Source: an uncultured Erysipelotrichaceae bacterium (GTDB lineage: Bacteria > Bacillota_I > Bacilli_A > RF39 > UBA660). From it: a DNA stretch of 39,307 bases. The notes below the pieces were generated by a model. It saw only the letters and a list, made by a program, of their open reading frames with translations, was not told the origin of the DNA and did not search any database. Shown one piece after another: positions 25,232 through 33,775 of the stretch (its first letter is position 1; every line of letters starts with the position of its first letter). The DNA is taken from NCBI GenBank assembly GCA_902784095.1, contig CACZTK010000042.1:1-39307 (forward strand), read 5' to 3'. The translations under genes and the position numbers were made by a program.

Positions 25232-26019
25232 AAAAGTATTTATTCATCTACAAAACAGAAATAATGAGTAATATTAGCTATGCATTTAATTTAATTACAG
25301 GTTTTGTTGGCTATTTTATTCATATCTTTATATTTTTAAATTTATGGAAATATATTTATAGTAATCCTAAAGAACTTATTAATGGCTATTCTATGAACCA
25401 AATGGTATGGTATGTAATAGTCACTGAAATATTATGGATGTGTATTGGAGGAAGAAAACTTTGTAAACAAATAATAAGTGATGTACGTACTGGTAATGTT
25501 GCCTATAACATCAATAGACCATATAGTTATATTTTGTATCAATTATTTAGTAATTTAGGAAGATTTACAGTTAAGTTTGTTTTATTCACAATACTTGGTG
25601 TAGTAATGGGATTAGTATTTTTACAAGAATTTCCTAATATATCTGTTTTAGGTATTATATTGGTATTACTTTCAAGTTTTCTAGCAACTATAATTAATAC
25701 GTTATTTGTTATAGTTATTGGATTGTTTTCATTTTTTATAGAGGATTCTAATCCATTTTATTGGGTATATTCAAAGTTTATTTTAGTAGTTGGTACATTA
25801 TTTCCAATAGAATATTTTCCAAAAGTAATTCAACCAGTTATTAAAGCTAGTCCAATTTTTGCAGTTAGTTATGCACCTGCTAAAATGTTTGTAGATTTTA
25901 ATATTAATAATGTATTTTATATATTATTAGTTCAATTAGTATATGTTGTTATTTCATATACATTATGTTTATTTATATATAGAAAGGGAGTGAAAAATAT
26001 CAATGTTAATGGCGGTTAA
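25228..26019 (+). CDS. ABC-2 family transporter permease
   Basis: About six hydrophobic helices. ATGA start/stop overlap with the ATPase gene. Confidence 0.8.
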   Translation: MKKYLFIYKTEIMSNISYAFNLITGFVGYFIHIFIFLNLWKYIYSNPKELINGYSMNQMVWYVIVTEILWMCIGGRKLCKQIISDVRTGNVAYNINRPYSYILYQLFSNLGRFTVKFVLFTILGVVMGLVFLQEFPNISVLGIILVLLSSFLATIINTLFVIVIGLFSFFIEDSNPFYWVYSKFILVVGTLFPIEYFPKVIQPVIKASPIFAVSYAPAKMFVDFNINNVFYILLVQLVYVVISYTLCLFIYRKGVKNINVNGG

Positions 26020-26797
26020 AAATCAGATTAAGATTTCTTTATTATCTATTAAATATGCATGTATTAGGGAAATGCTTAATAAAACAACATTCATTACTAA
26101 TGTAATTTTTATGATTTTAAATAATGCTTCTTTTATAATTCAGTGGGTTATACTATATTCATTAAGAGAGAATGTTGGAGGTTATTCATTTAAACAAGTT
26201 ATGTTTTTGTGGGCACTAGCAGCATCAACTTATGGTATTTCTCATTTCTTATTTAAGAATGCTTATACATTATCAGATACTATTAATAATGGAAAACTTG
26301 ATTCTTATCTAGTTCAACCGAAGAATGTATTATTATCTGCAATAACATCTGATGTAGAAGTATCAGCATTAGGAGACTTAATTTATGCATATGTAGTTTT
26401 AATTATTTGTGAATGTACAATTAAATCATTTTTACTGTTTACATTTTTTTCAATAATTGGAGGACTTGTTTTAACTTCTTTAGCAATCATTTTTGCATCT
26501 TTAAGTTTCTGGTTTCAAAAATCAGATGCAATTGTAGATACAGCTAATGGTTTAATGACAAACTTTGCAACATATCCAGATGGTATATTTAAGGGTGCAG
26601 TTAAATTTATTTTATATACTATGGTTCCTGTTGGATTCGTAAATTATATTCCAATTTCATTGATAAAAAGTTTTAACATAGAGTTTTTTGCATTAGCACT
26701 TATATTTGATATAACAATAATAGTATTTGCATTTGTAATTTTCTATAGTGGATTAAAAAAGTATTCATCAAGTAACTTGATGATAGCCAAAATATAA
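26003..26797 (+). CDS. ABC-2 family transporter permease (second subunit)
   Basis: About six hydrophobic helices. It overlaps the preceding permease gene by 17 nt. Confidence 0.8.
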   Translation: MLMAVKNQIKISLLSIKYACIREMLNKTTFITNVIFMILNNASFIIQWVILYSLRENVGGYSFKQVMFLWALAASTYGISHFLFKNAYTLSDTINNGKLDSYLVQPKNVLLSAITSDVEVSALGDLIYAYVVLIICECTIKSFLLFTFFSIIGGLVLTSLAIIFASLSFWFQKSDAIVDTANGLMTNFATYPDGIFKGAVKFILYTMVPVGFVNYIPISLIKSFNIEFFALALIFDITIIVFAFVIFYSGLKKYSSSNLMIAKI

Positions 26798-26811
26798 AGG
26801 AGAGTGATAGT

Positions 26812-27405
26812 ATGGCTAGTTTAATGATAGTAACAGGACCACAAGCAGTAGGTAAAATGACAGTTGCAGAACAAATAAGAGATAAAACTAATTTTCATCT
26901 TATGGTAAACCATGACAGTATTGAAATATCTAATAAAATATTTGGTCGTGGTAGTGATGCTCAAAAAAAGTTTAATCAATTATTTAGAGAAGCAGCATTT
27001 AAAACAGCAATAGAGAATAATGTAGATTTAATCTTTACATTTGTAACAGCATTTGATTTAGAAGAAGAAATAGCTTATCTTAATAGTTTAAAAGATATGT
27101 TTGAATCTACAGGAGGTAATTTCTATTTTGTAGAGTTAGAAGCAGATATAGAAACAAGACTTGAAAGAAATGTTACTCCACATAGATTAGAATCAAAAGA
27201 AAGTAAAAAAGATATAGAATGGACTAAAAATGATATTCTAAAAACTGCTTTAAAATATCAATTAAATTCAGATAAACAATTATTTGAAAATCATCTAAAA
27301 ATAAATAATACTAATTTAGAACCAGATGAAGTAGCAGAACAAGTTATAAATAAATTTAATTTAGAGAGGTCTCAAAATGATAGGAGTAATAGTAGCGTCA
27401 AATAA
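26812..27405 (+). CDS. P-loop kinase-like protein (AAA_33 / small-molecule phosphotransferase-like)
   Basis: N-terminal Walker A VTGPQAVGKMT, about 195 aa, size and layout of small nucleoside/antibiotic kinases. RBS AAGGAGAG, 14 nt after the permease stop. Confidence 0.55.
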   Translation: MASLMIVTGPQAVGKMTVAEQIRDKTNFHLMVNHDSIEISNKIFGRGSDAQKKFNQLFREAAFKTAIENNVDLIFTFVTAFDLEEEIAYLNSLKDMFESTGGNFYFVELEADIETRLERNVTPHRLESKESKKDIEWTKNDILKTALKYQLNSDKQLFENHLKINNTNLEPDEVAEQVINKFNLERSQNDRSNSSVK

Positions 27406-28018
27406 AGAATGGGAATTTGTAATTAATTATTATTCTGATATTGATATAAGAGAGTCTTTATATGGATCTTATTTTATTAAAATAATTGATAACAAAGAAG
27501 TAATATTCTTTAAAACAGGATCAAGAAAAATAAGAAGTGCAGGAGCTACACAATATTTAATTGATCATTATAAATTAGAAAAAGTATTACTAATAGGTAC
27601 AGCCGCTGGAGTTAATCATGAATATAATTTAAAAGATGTGTTAGTTCCTAGTATTATTGTATCTGGTGATACTTCATTTATAGAAAAAGGGGAAGGTTTT
27701 AATAATAAATATGTGATTGATTTAGATAATGAAAGTAATATTATAATTTATTCTAGTGATAAACCATTAATTTATAAAGAAGATGTAGAAAATCTCTTAA
27801 ATAATAATGTTACACTTTATGATATGGAAGCATTTTCTGTAGTAGATATCTGTAAAATAAATAATATAGATATAAAAGTAATTAAAGGAATAACAGATTT
27901 TCCAGGTGATTATTCATCTGATGATGAAAAACAATATCTTGAATATAAAGAAAATGTAAATATAGTAATGAAAAAAATATTAGATAATTATTTAGAAAAA
28001 TATATTTTAGGGGAGTGA
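27377..28018 (+). CDS. Nucleoside phosphorylase/nucleosidase family protein (MTA/SAH nucleosidase-like, PNP_UDP_1)
   Basis: MIGVIVASNKEWE N-terminus, GTAAGVN, YDMEAFSV and KGITDF motifs matching the MTAN-type fold. It overlaps the upstream gene by 29 nt. Confidence 0.65.
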   Translation: MIGVIVASNKEWEFVINYYSDIDIRESLYGSYFIKIIDNKEVIFFKTGSRKIRSAGATQYLIDHYKLEKVLLIGTAAGVNHEYNLKDVLVPSIIVSGDTSFIEKGEGFNNKYVIDLDNESNIIIYSSDKPLIYKEDVENLLNNNVTLYDMEAFSVVDICKINNIDIKVIKGITDFPGDYSSDDEKQYLEYKENVNIVMKKILDNYLEKYILGE

Positions 28019-28022
28019 TATT

Positions 28023-28577
28023 ATGAGTTATTATAAGAAACTAGAAGGAGATAGAATTTACTTGTCACCAATCAGTATGGAAGATGCAGAAACTTATACA
28101 AAATGGCTAAATGATAGAAAAGTAACAGATGGAATTGGTGGTACTAAAAATCTAGTTAATATAGAAAATGAAAAAGAATGGATTACAAAGTGTTTACAAA
28201 GTGGTAGAAAATGCTTTGGTATTATCTTAAAGGAAAATGATAAGTTAATTGGTAATTGTGGTCTAGAAGATTTTGATAATGTTGCTAGAAGCGCTACTCT
28301 TGGAATATTTATTGGTGAAGAACAATATAGAAGTAATGGATATGGAGCAGAAGCTATTAGATTACTTCTTAAATATGGATTTGATATTTTAAACTTACAT
28401 AATATAAATTTAGGAGTATTTAGTTTTAATGAACGAGCAATCACATGCTATAAAAAAGTTGGTTTTAAAGAATATGGAAGAAGACATGAATGTTACTATT
28501 TAGATGGTAAATATTATGATCGAATAGAAATGGAAGTATTAGAAAAAGATTATCGTGGTGATATAGAGTTTATTTAA
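28023..28577 (+). CDS. GNAT-family N-acetyltransferase (RimJ/RimL-like)
   Basis: 184 aa with the acetyl-CoA motif region RSNGYGAEAIRLLLKYGF and a C-terminal Y.K.GF.E.G pattern. Confidence 0.75.
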   Translation: MSYYKKLEGDRIYLSPISMEDAETYTKWLNDRKVTDGIGGTKNLVNIENEKEWITKCLQSGRKCFGIILKENDKLIGNCGLEDFDNVARSATLGIFIGEEQYRSNGYGAEAIRLLLKYGFDILNLHNINLGVFSFNERAITCYKKVGFKEYGRRHECYYLDGKYYDRIEMEVLEKDYRGDIEFI

Positions 28578-28627
28578 TTAGTTTTCTTTATTTAAAAAAT
28601 GTGTTATCCTAGTTTTAGGAGGGTTTT

Positions 28628-29299
28628 ATGGAAAAAGGAAAATTAATAGTAGTTGAAGGTGCTTGTGATGGTATTGGAAAAACAACACAATATGAGATGC
28701 TAAGAAGCCATTTTGAAGAAGACGGAGAATATGTAATTAGCCATCATTTCCCATCATATGGTACATATCAGGCAGCAGCAGTAGAAAAGTATTTAAAAGG
28801 AGATTATGGACAACCTAGTGAACTATCACCATACTTTGTAAATAGTTTGTATGCAGCCGATCGTGGTATTACTTGGTATAGCGAATTGAAAAAATTATAT
28901 GATGATGGAAGTATAATCTTATTAGATAGATATACAACATCAAGTCTAATTTATCAATCAGCACTTATTGAAGACATAGAAGAAAGAAAATCGTTTATTA
29001 ATTATGTAATAGATTTTGAATATAGAAAAATAGGTATCAAAGAACCAGATGAAGTAATATTTTTACATGCACCATTTGATTTAGTAACTGAACTTAGAAA
29101 TGCTAGAGTAGAAAACGAAGGTGTTGTAAATGATATTCATGAAGCTAATTTAGATTTTATGAAGAAGGTTTATGATAATGCTATGTTTTTAGCAGATTAT
29201 CTATCTTGGAATAAAATACAATGTAATGATGGAAATAAGATGAGAAGTATTGATGATATTCATAAGGAAGCATATAGTTTAGTAAAGAAAAAGGCATAG
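28628..29299 (+). CDS. Thymidylate kinase family protein (Tmk-like)
   Basis: P-loop VVEGACDGIGKTTQ, DRY motif LLDRYTTSSLIYQ, lid-like region, 223 aa. Confidence 0.65.
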   Translation: MEKGKLIVVEGACDGIGKTTQYEMLRSHFEEDGEYVISHHFPSYGTYQAAAVEKYLKGDYGQPSELSPYFVNSLYAADRGITWYSELKKLYDDGSIILLDRYTTSSLIYQSALIEDIEERKSFINYVIDFEYRKIGIKEPDEVIFLHAPFDLVTELRNARVENEGVVNDIHEANLDFMKKVYDNAMFLADYLSWNKIQCNDGNKMRSIDDIHKEAYSLVKKKA

Positions 29300-29317
29300 A
29301 AATATGCTTTTTTTTCT
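29291..29317 (+). terminator. Rho-independent terminator ending the ABC/kinase operon
   Basis: AAGGCATA / TATGCTTT stem with a GAAA loop, then a T-run. The stem includes the stop codon. Confidence 0.7.
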
Positions 29318-29469
29318 CAAAAAGTAACAAACTTTTATTTCTCTTTTCGAATTAAAACTTGGAGAATTTATATCAGAATTATATTATGTAGTTCAAAAGA
29401 TGCAGAAGTAGTTGTGTATTCAATGAGTATAGAAAATAGTAAAAATTAATTAAAAGTATTTCTAATTTC

Positions 29470-29498
29470 TTTTAGAAATGCACTTTCTGTGGTAAAAT
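29470..29498 (+). promoter_or_regulatory. Extended -10 promoter candidate for galE
   Basis: TGGTAAAAT (29490-29498) with a weak -35 TTTTAG. An 8-bp inverted repeat ATTTCTAA/TTAGAAAT (29458-29479) overlaps the -35. Confidence 0.4.
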
Positions 29499-29516
29499 AA
29501 ATTAGAAGGTGAAAAG

Positions 29517-30521
29517 ATGAATATATTTGTAACAGGTTGTTGTGGTTATATAGGAAGCCATACATGTGTTGAACTATTAAATAATGATTATAATGTTATA
29601 GGACTTGATAATTTTAGTAATAGCAAAAAAGAAGTTCTAAATAAAATAAAACAAATAACTAATAAAGATATTAAATTCTATGAAGGAAATATGATAGATG
29701 AAGATATTTTAAGAAAAATATTTAGTGAGAATAAAATAGATTGTGTTATTGATTTTGCAGCATATAAGGCAGTAGGAGAATCAGTACAAAAACCTATAGA
29801 GTATTATACTAATAATGTTTCTACAGTACTTAATCTATTAAAAGTAATGAAAGAGTTTGATTGTAAAAGGTTGGTATTCAGTAGTAGTGCAACAGTATAT
29901 GGAGATCCTGAAGTAGTTCCTATAACGGAAGAAGCTAAAACTGGTGGTACTACTAATCCTTATGGTACTAGTAAATTATTTGTAGAACAGATTTTAAAAG
30001 ATTTATATAAATCAGACGATGCTTGGGATATATGCATATTAAGATATTTTAATCCAATAGGAGCACATTCTTCAGGACTAATAGGAGAAGAACCAAATGG
30101 AATTCCAGCTAATTTAATGCCATATATTTCTAAAGTAGCATCTAAAAAACTAGAATGTTTATCAGTTTTTGGTTCTGATTATGATACTAAAGATGGTACA
30201 GGAGTAAGAGATTATATTCATGTAGTTGATTTAGCTTTTGGTCATATTAAAGCCGTAGAAAAACTAGATAAAGAAAAATGTGGTTTATACATATATAATC
30301 TAGGAACAGGAGTAGGTTATAGTGTTTTAGATATGATAAATGCTTTTGAAAGAGTTAATGGAATAAAAATAAATTATAAAATAGTTGATAGACGTCCAGG
30401 CGATATAGCAACATGTTATAGTGATCCAACAAAAGCTAAAGAAGAGTTAGGATTTATATGTAAATATACTCTTGATGATATGGTACGTGATGCTTGGAAT
30501 TATGAAAATTCTAATAAATAA
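29517..30521 (+). CDS. galE: UDP-glucose 4-epimerase
   Basis: VTGCCGYIGSH Rossmann motif, SSSATVYG, catalytic YGTSK, and the overall GalE length and pattern. Confidence 0.92.
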   Translation: MNIFVTGCCGYIGSHTCVELLNNDYNVIGLDNFSNSKKEVLNKIKQITNKDIKFYEGNMIDEDILRKIFSENKIDCVIDFAAYKAVGESVQKPIEYYTNNVSTVLNLLKVMKEFDCKRLVFSSSATVYGDPEVVPITEEAKTGGTTNPYGTSKLFVEQILKDLYKSDDAWDICILRYFNPIGAHSSGLIGEEPNGIPANLMPYISKVASKKLECLSVFGSDYDTKDGTGVRDYIHVVDLAFGHIKAVEKLDKEKCGLYIYNLGTGVGYSVLDMINAFERVNGIKINYKIVDRRPGDIATCYSDPTKAKEELGFICKYTLDDMVRDAWNYENSNK

Positions 30522-30535
30522 AAGAGGCGATTAAT

Positions 30536-31831
30536 ATGGAATTTAAAGAAATAGACAAGAAAACATTTGATAAATTTGAAAAAAATCATGAACAAGTAAA
30601 TTTTAGTCAAACTAGTGCTTGGGCAGATGTAAAAAAAGTAAATGGATGGAAAAGTTATTTCTTAGGATTATATGAAAAAAATAAATTAATAGGGGCAACA
30701 CTTCTTTTAGCTAAGAAAGTTCCAATTGTTAAGAAGAATATGTTTTATGCTCCTCGTGGCTTTTTAATCGATTATAGTAATTATGAAGTATTAGAATATT
30801 TTACTAAAGAAATTAAAAAGTTTGCTAAAGAACATAATGCTATATTTATTAAGATTGATCCATATATAATTTATCAAGAACGAGACTTAGATGGTAACAT
30901 TGTAGAAAATGGTAAAGATAATAAAAAAGCTTTCTCTAATTTAATAAAACTAGGATATAAACATTTTGGATTTAATGTTATGCAAGATACTTTACAACCT
31001 AGATGGATTTTTGTAACTGATACTAAAGATAAAACGATAGAAGAAGTTATGAATGGTATGGATTCTAAGACTAGACAAATAATAAGGAAGAATGAAAGAT
31101 TATGTATTGAGACAAGAGAAATATCTTATGATGAATTAGGATTATTCAAAGATATTATGGCTCATACTGGTGATAGAAGAAATTTTATAGATAGACCACT
31201 TTCATATTATCAAAATATGTATAAGAATTTAGAACCTGCTGGTATTTTAAAAATATTAGTAGCAGAACTTCATACTGATAAATTGATTAAAAATTATGAA
31301 GAAGAGATATCTGTATTAAAAAAAGATTATGAAGATAGAAAATATAAACATGATAATGGAATCAATAAAATGAATGAAAATAAATATCTTTCAAAACAAA
31401 AGTCAGTTGAACAAGAAATAGAAAGAATTACAAAGAAAAAAGAAGAAGCAATAGCTATTCAAAAAGAAAATGGAGATATAATTCCATTAGGAGGTATTTT
31501 ATTTCTTATTCATGGAAAAGAAGTATTGTCATTAGTTGGTGGTTCTTATGATAAGTTTATGGAATTTCAATCAGCTTATACTGTTCATTGGGCAGGATGC
31601 AAATATGCTATAGAAAATGGATATGATAGATATAATTTTTATGGAATCACAGGAGATTTTAATGAAAAGAATCCTTTATTAGGATTATATCTATTTAAAA
31701 GAGGTTTTGGGGGTAAAGTAGTTGAATTAATTGGAGAATTTGATTTAATAGTATCTAAGTTTTGGTATTTTGTATATAAACTTTCATTTAAAATTTATCA
31801 TGGACTAAAAAATATAAAAGCAAAATTCTAA
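30536..31831 (+). CDS. FemAB-family peptidoglycan interpeptide-bridge aminoacyltransferase (FemX/MurM-like)
   Basis: 431 aa with two GNAT-like halves split by a coiled-coil insert (EEEISVLKKDYEDRKYKHD...). The N-terminus has F.Q...W and PRGF patterns typical of FemAB. Confidence 0.8.
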   Translation: MEFKEIDKKTFDKFEKNHEQVNFSQTSAWADVKKVNGWKSYFLGLYEKNKLIGATLLLAKKVPIVKKNMFYAPRGFLIDYSNYEVLEYFTKEIKKFAKEHNAIFIKIDPYIIYQERDLDGNIVENGKDNKKAFSNLIKLGYKHFGFNVMQDTLQPRWIFVTDTKDKTIEEVMNGMDSKTRQIIRKNERLCIETREISYDELGLFKDIMAHTGDRRNFIDRPLSYYQNMYKNLEPAGILKILVAELHTDKLIKNYEEEISVLKKDYEDRKYKHDNGINKMNENKYLSKQKSVEQEIERITKKKEEAIAIQKENGDIIPLGGILFLIHGKEVLSLVGGSYDKFMEFQSAYTVHWAGCKYAIENGYDRYNFYGITGDFNEKNPLLGLYLFKRGFGGKVVELIGEFDLIVSKFWYFVYKLSFKIYHGLKNIKAKF

Positions 31832-31879
31832 TTGACTAAAAAAAATATATGAATTATGATGTATAAAGAGGTGTTATAA

Positions 31880-32455
31880 ATGTTATTGTATCAATTAAAA
31901 GTTAGAAAAAAAGAAATATTTGTAATTACATTTATCTTAGCTTTTGCGTTAATCGCAACTAATAGAATATATTATAAATTTAAGGATTCAAATAATGTAG
32001 ATTATAATACAGCAACTATAGATACTACATTTCATGAAAAAACAGGAGCAGAAGTAAATATTACAAAGGTTACTCCAATGACAGATTCATTAGGTCTTTC
32101 ATCACGTGCATACACATTTACTATTAAGAATAATACTAATGCAAGTTTAAAGTATTCTATTTCAATTGAAGATAATGAATTAAAAGTAGATGAAGATAGT
32201 TGTGAAAGTATGCAAATACCACATAATCTTATTAGATTTGCTATACATCAAAAAGGTGAGAAGAATAATATTTATACACTTAGTGATTTAGTTAATGGAG
32301 AAGTATTAACTAGAATAATAAAAGCAAATCAACAAGAAGAGTATACTATGAGATTTTGGGTTGCAAAAGATTCCATGCTTACAGGAACAAAATTACATTA
32401 TCATGGTATTATCAAGGTTAATGATTTAGGTAATCAAGTAGCAATTATTAGTTAA
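31880..32455 (+). CDS. Divergent membrane-anchored/secreted member of the TasA-like family (paralogue 2 of 4)
   Basis: N-terminal hydrophobic helix without the GTYAWL motif. It shares YTFTIKNNTNASLKYSISIEDNE, LIRFAIHQKGEKNN and YTMRFWVAKDS blocks with the 3312/32552/33776 proteins. RBS AGAGGTG. Confidence 0.55.
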   Translation: MLLYQLKVRKKEIFVITFILAFALIATNRIYYKFKDSNNVDYNTATIDTTFHEKTGAEVNITKVTPMTDSLGLSSRAYTFTIKNNTNASLKYSISIEDNELKVDEDSCESMQIPHNLIRFAIHQKGEKNNIYTLSDLVNGEVLTRIIKANQQEEYTMRFWVAKDSMLTGTKLHYHGIIKVNDLGNQVAIIS

Positions 32456-32472
32456 ATATGTAAATAGATGTA

Positions 32473-32497
32473 AAGTTGCTAATTAGCAACTTTTTTT
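32473..32497 (+). terminator. Rho-independent terminator
   Basis: Perfect palindrome AAGTTGCTAATTAGCAACTT followed by TTTTTT. Confidence 0.8.
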
Positions 32498-32500
32498 GTT

Positions 32501-32528
32501 ATGACATAAAAAAACATTGTGTTATACT
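32501..32528 (+). promoter_or_regulatory. Promoter candidate for the 32552 gene
   Basis: ATGACA, 16-nt spacer ending TGT, TATACT (32523-32528). Confidence 0.5.
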
Positions 32529-32551
32529 TAAAATAAGATAGGAGAGTAGTT

Positions 32552-33619
32552 ATGGAAAATAAAAATGAAGAAATAATAGATAAACAAACTGAAAATGAAA
32601 CAATGACAAATAGCCAAGAAGTTAACAATCAACAAAAACCAGAAGTATATGAAAAGAAACGTAATAAATATGCTTTTGTAGTAGCTTTTGCACTAGTAGC
32701 TATATTATTAATTACAGGAACATATGCTTGGTTAAGAATAGGATTAAATGGAACAAAAACAAATATAATAAAAGCAGGCTTGTTGGATTTAAGGATAGAT
32801 GAGACTCCAACTTCAGAAGAAGTAATACGTATAGAGCGTGCAATACCACAAAGTTATAGACAAGGAATAACAAATCCACCATATAGATTTACTTTAATAA
32901 ATAATTCTAGTGTGGATACAGATTATACAATTAGTCTAGAAGATTTATATGAAGGTGCTGATGCATCATTAACAGCAAATGATAAAATAGCAGATAATTT
33001 AATAAGATATATTTTAGTAAAAAATGATGATGAGATGATCGCAAGTAATTCAAAATTACTATCAACAGGAAGAACAATAGACACTGGAACAATTTCTGGA
33101 AAGAGTGGAAATACACCAACAGAGATACCATATACATTATATATATGGATAGATTCAAAAGCAGGCGACAATGCAACAGAAGCAGATATTATGAGTAAGA
33201 TATTTAATGCAAGACTTAATATAACTGCAGAACAACATCATGAAACAACGCCAGCACAAGTAGGATTCCAACCAACATACTTTGCATTTGGAGATGTAAC
33301 AACAGCATCCCCAACAACAGCACCAGCAGGTAAAAATGTATACGCAGCATTAGATAGTCAGGGAAATAAAGGAGTATGTATAAATAGAAGTGGAACAGTA
33401 CATTGTTTCCAAACAAATAATGTAGCATATGAACAACAACATGTACAACAAGTATTTAACCAACAATGTGAATATCTTTCCGAGTACAGCTGCTGGATCT
33501 GCAATGCGGGTCTTTTCGGCTGCGCTGTGGGTTCGAATGGCGACGTGAGTTGCAACGATCGCGGTCCGAACGAGTACTGCGCTGTGAGTCCGGATGGCTC
33601 AGTGAATTGTGGCCAGTAG
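32552..33619 (+). CDS. TasA/camelysin-like secreted protein with a 125-aa Cys-rich C-terminal extension (paralogue 3 of 4)
   Basis: Acidic/polar N-tail, then KKRNKYAFVVAFALVAILLITGTYAWL (SipW-type signal), AGLLDLRIDE, YRFTLINNS..YTISLEDL, YTLYIWIDS and FNARLNITAEQ. The extension (33242-33616) has 9 Cys and three C-x-[VN]-x3-G-x-V-x-C hairpin repeats. RBS AGGAGA. Confidence 0.7.
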   Translation: MENKNEEIIDKQTENETMTNSQEVNNQQKPEVYEKKRNKYAFVVAFALVAILLITGTYAWLRIGLNGTKTNIIKAGLLDLRIDETPTSEEVIRIERAIPQSYRQGITNPPYRFTLINNSSVDTDYTISLEDLYEGADASLTANDKIADNLIRYILVKNDDEMIASNSKLLSTGRTIDTGTISGKSGNTPTEIPYTLYIWIDSKAGDNATEADIMSKIFNARLNITAEQHHETTPAQVGFQPTYFAFGDVTTASPTTAPAGKNVYAALDSQGNKGVCINRSGTVHCFQTNNVAYEQQHVQQVFNQQCEYLSEYSCWICNAGLFGCAVGSNGDVSCNDRGPNEYCAVSPDGSVNCGQ

Positions 33620-33640
33620 CTTCGCGCCTTGTCTAAGATC
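33478..33640 (+). other. Abrupt high-GC / foreign codon-usage patch covering the last ~46 codons and 3' flank of the 32552 gene
   Basis: Hand count gives 72 G+C in 33481-33600 (60%) versus 36 in 33361-33480 (30%). The patch uses GCG, CCG, TCG, CGC, GGC and GTG codons that are almost absent elsewhere in the window. Confidence 0.85.
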
Positions 33641-33648
33641 TAGGATCA

Positions 33649-33672
33649 ATCTTTGCAAAAGCAAAGGTTTTA
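33649..33672 (+). terminator. Small terminator-like hairpin
   Basis: ATCTTTGC / GCAAAGGT stem with an AAAA loop, followed by TTTTAT. Confidence 0.5.
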
Positions 33673-33690
33673 TAAATGATAGAAAGAATT

Positions 33691-33722
33691 ATTCGAGAAA
33701 TATAAATGTTTCTCGAATTTCT
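33691..33722 (+). terminator. Second hairpin (terminator or operator) between the tandem paralogues
   Basis: Perfect 10-bp inverted repeat ATTCGAGAAA / TTTCTCGAAT with an 8-nt loop, followed by TTCTATT. Confidence 0.45.
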
Positions 33723-33723
33723 A

Positions 33724-33752
33724 TTGTAATGGAAGTTATGGTATGCTAAAAT
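33724..33752 (+). promoter_or_regulatory. Promoter candidate for the 33776 gene
   Basis: TTGTAA (33724-33729), 17-nt spacer ending TGC, TAAAAT (33747-33752). Confidence 0.55.
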
Positions 33753-33775
33753 CTAGTTAAGATAGGATGATTAAT

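Noticed and set aside
33358-33555. Minus-strand 65-aa ORF with a striking CCTCCC cysteine run
   Set aside because: The Cys run is simply the antisense reading of the CAA/CAT-rich (Gln/His) stretch of the + strand gene. It has no RBS and overlaps a frame that is continuous with a conserved protein family.
33636-33641. AGATCT (BglII) site just after the GC-rich patch as a possible cloning scar
   Set aside because: A single 6-mer is expected by chance many times in a window of this size. No other vector-like sequence is adjacent.
33478-33722. Diversity-generating retroelement variable region (GC-rich 3' end of a surface-protein gene followed by hairpins)
   Set aside because: No template repeat (second copy of the about 150-nt sequence) and no reverse transcriptase gene occur anywhere in the 39-kb window. 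It cannot be excluded genome-wide, but it is unsupported here.
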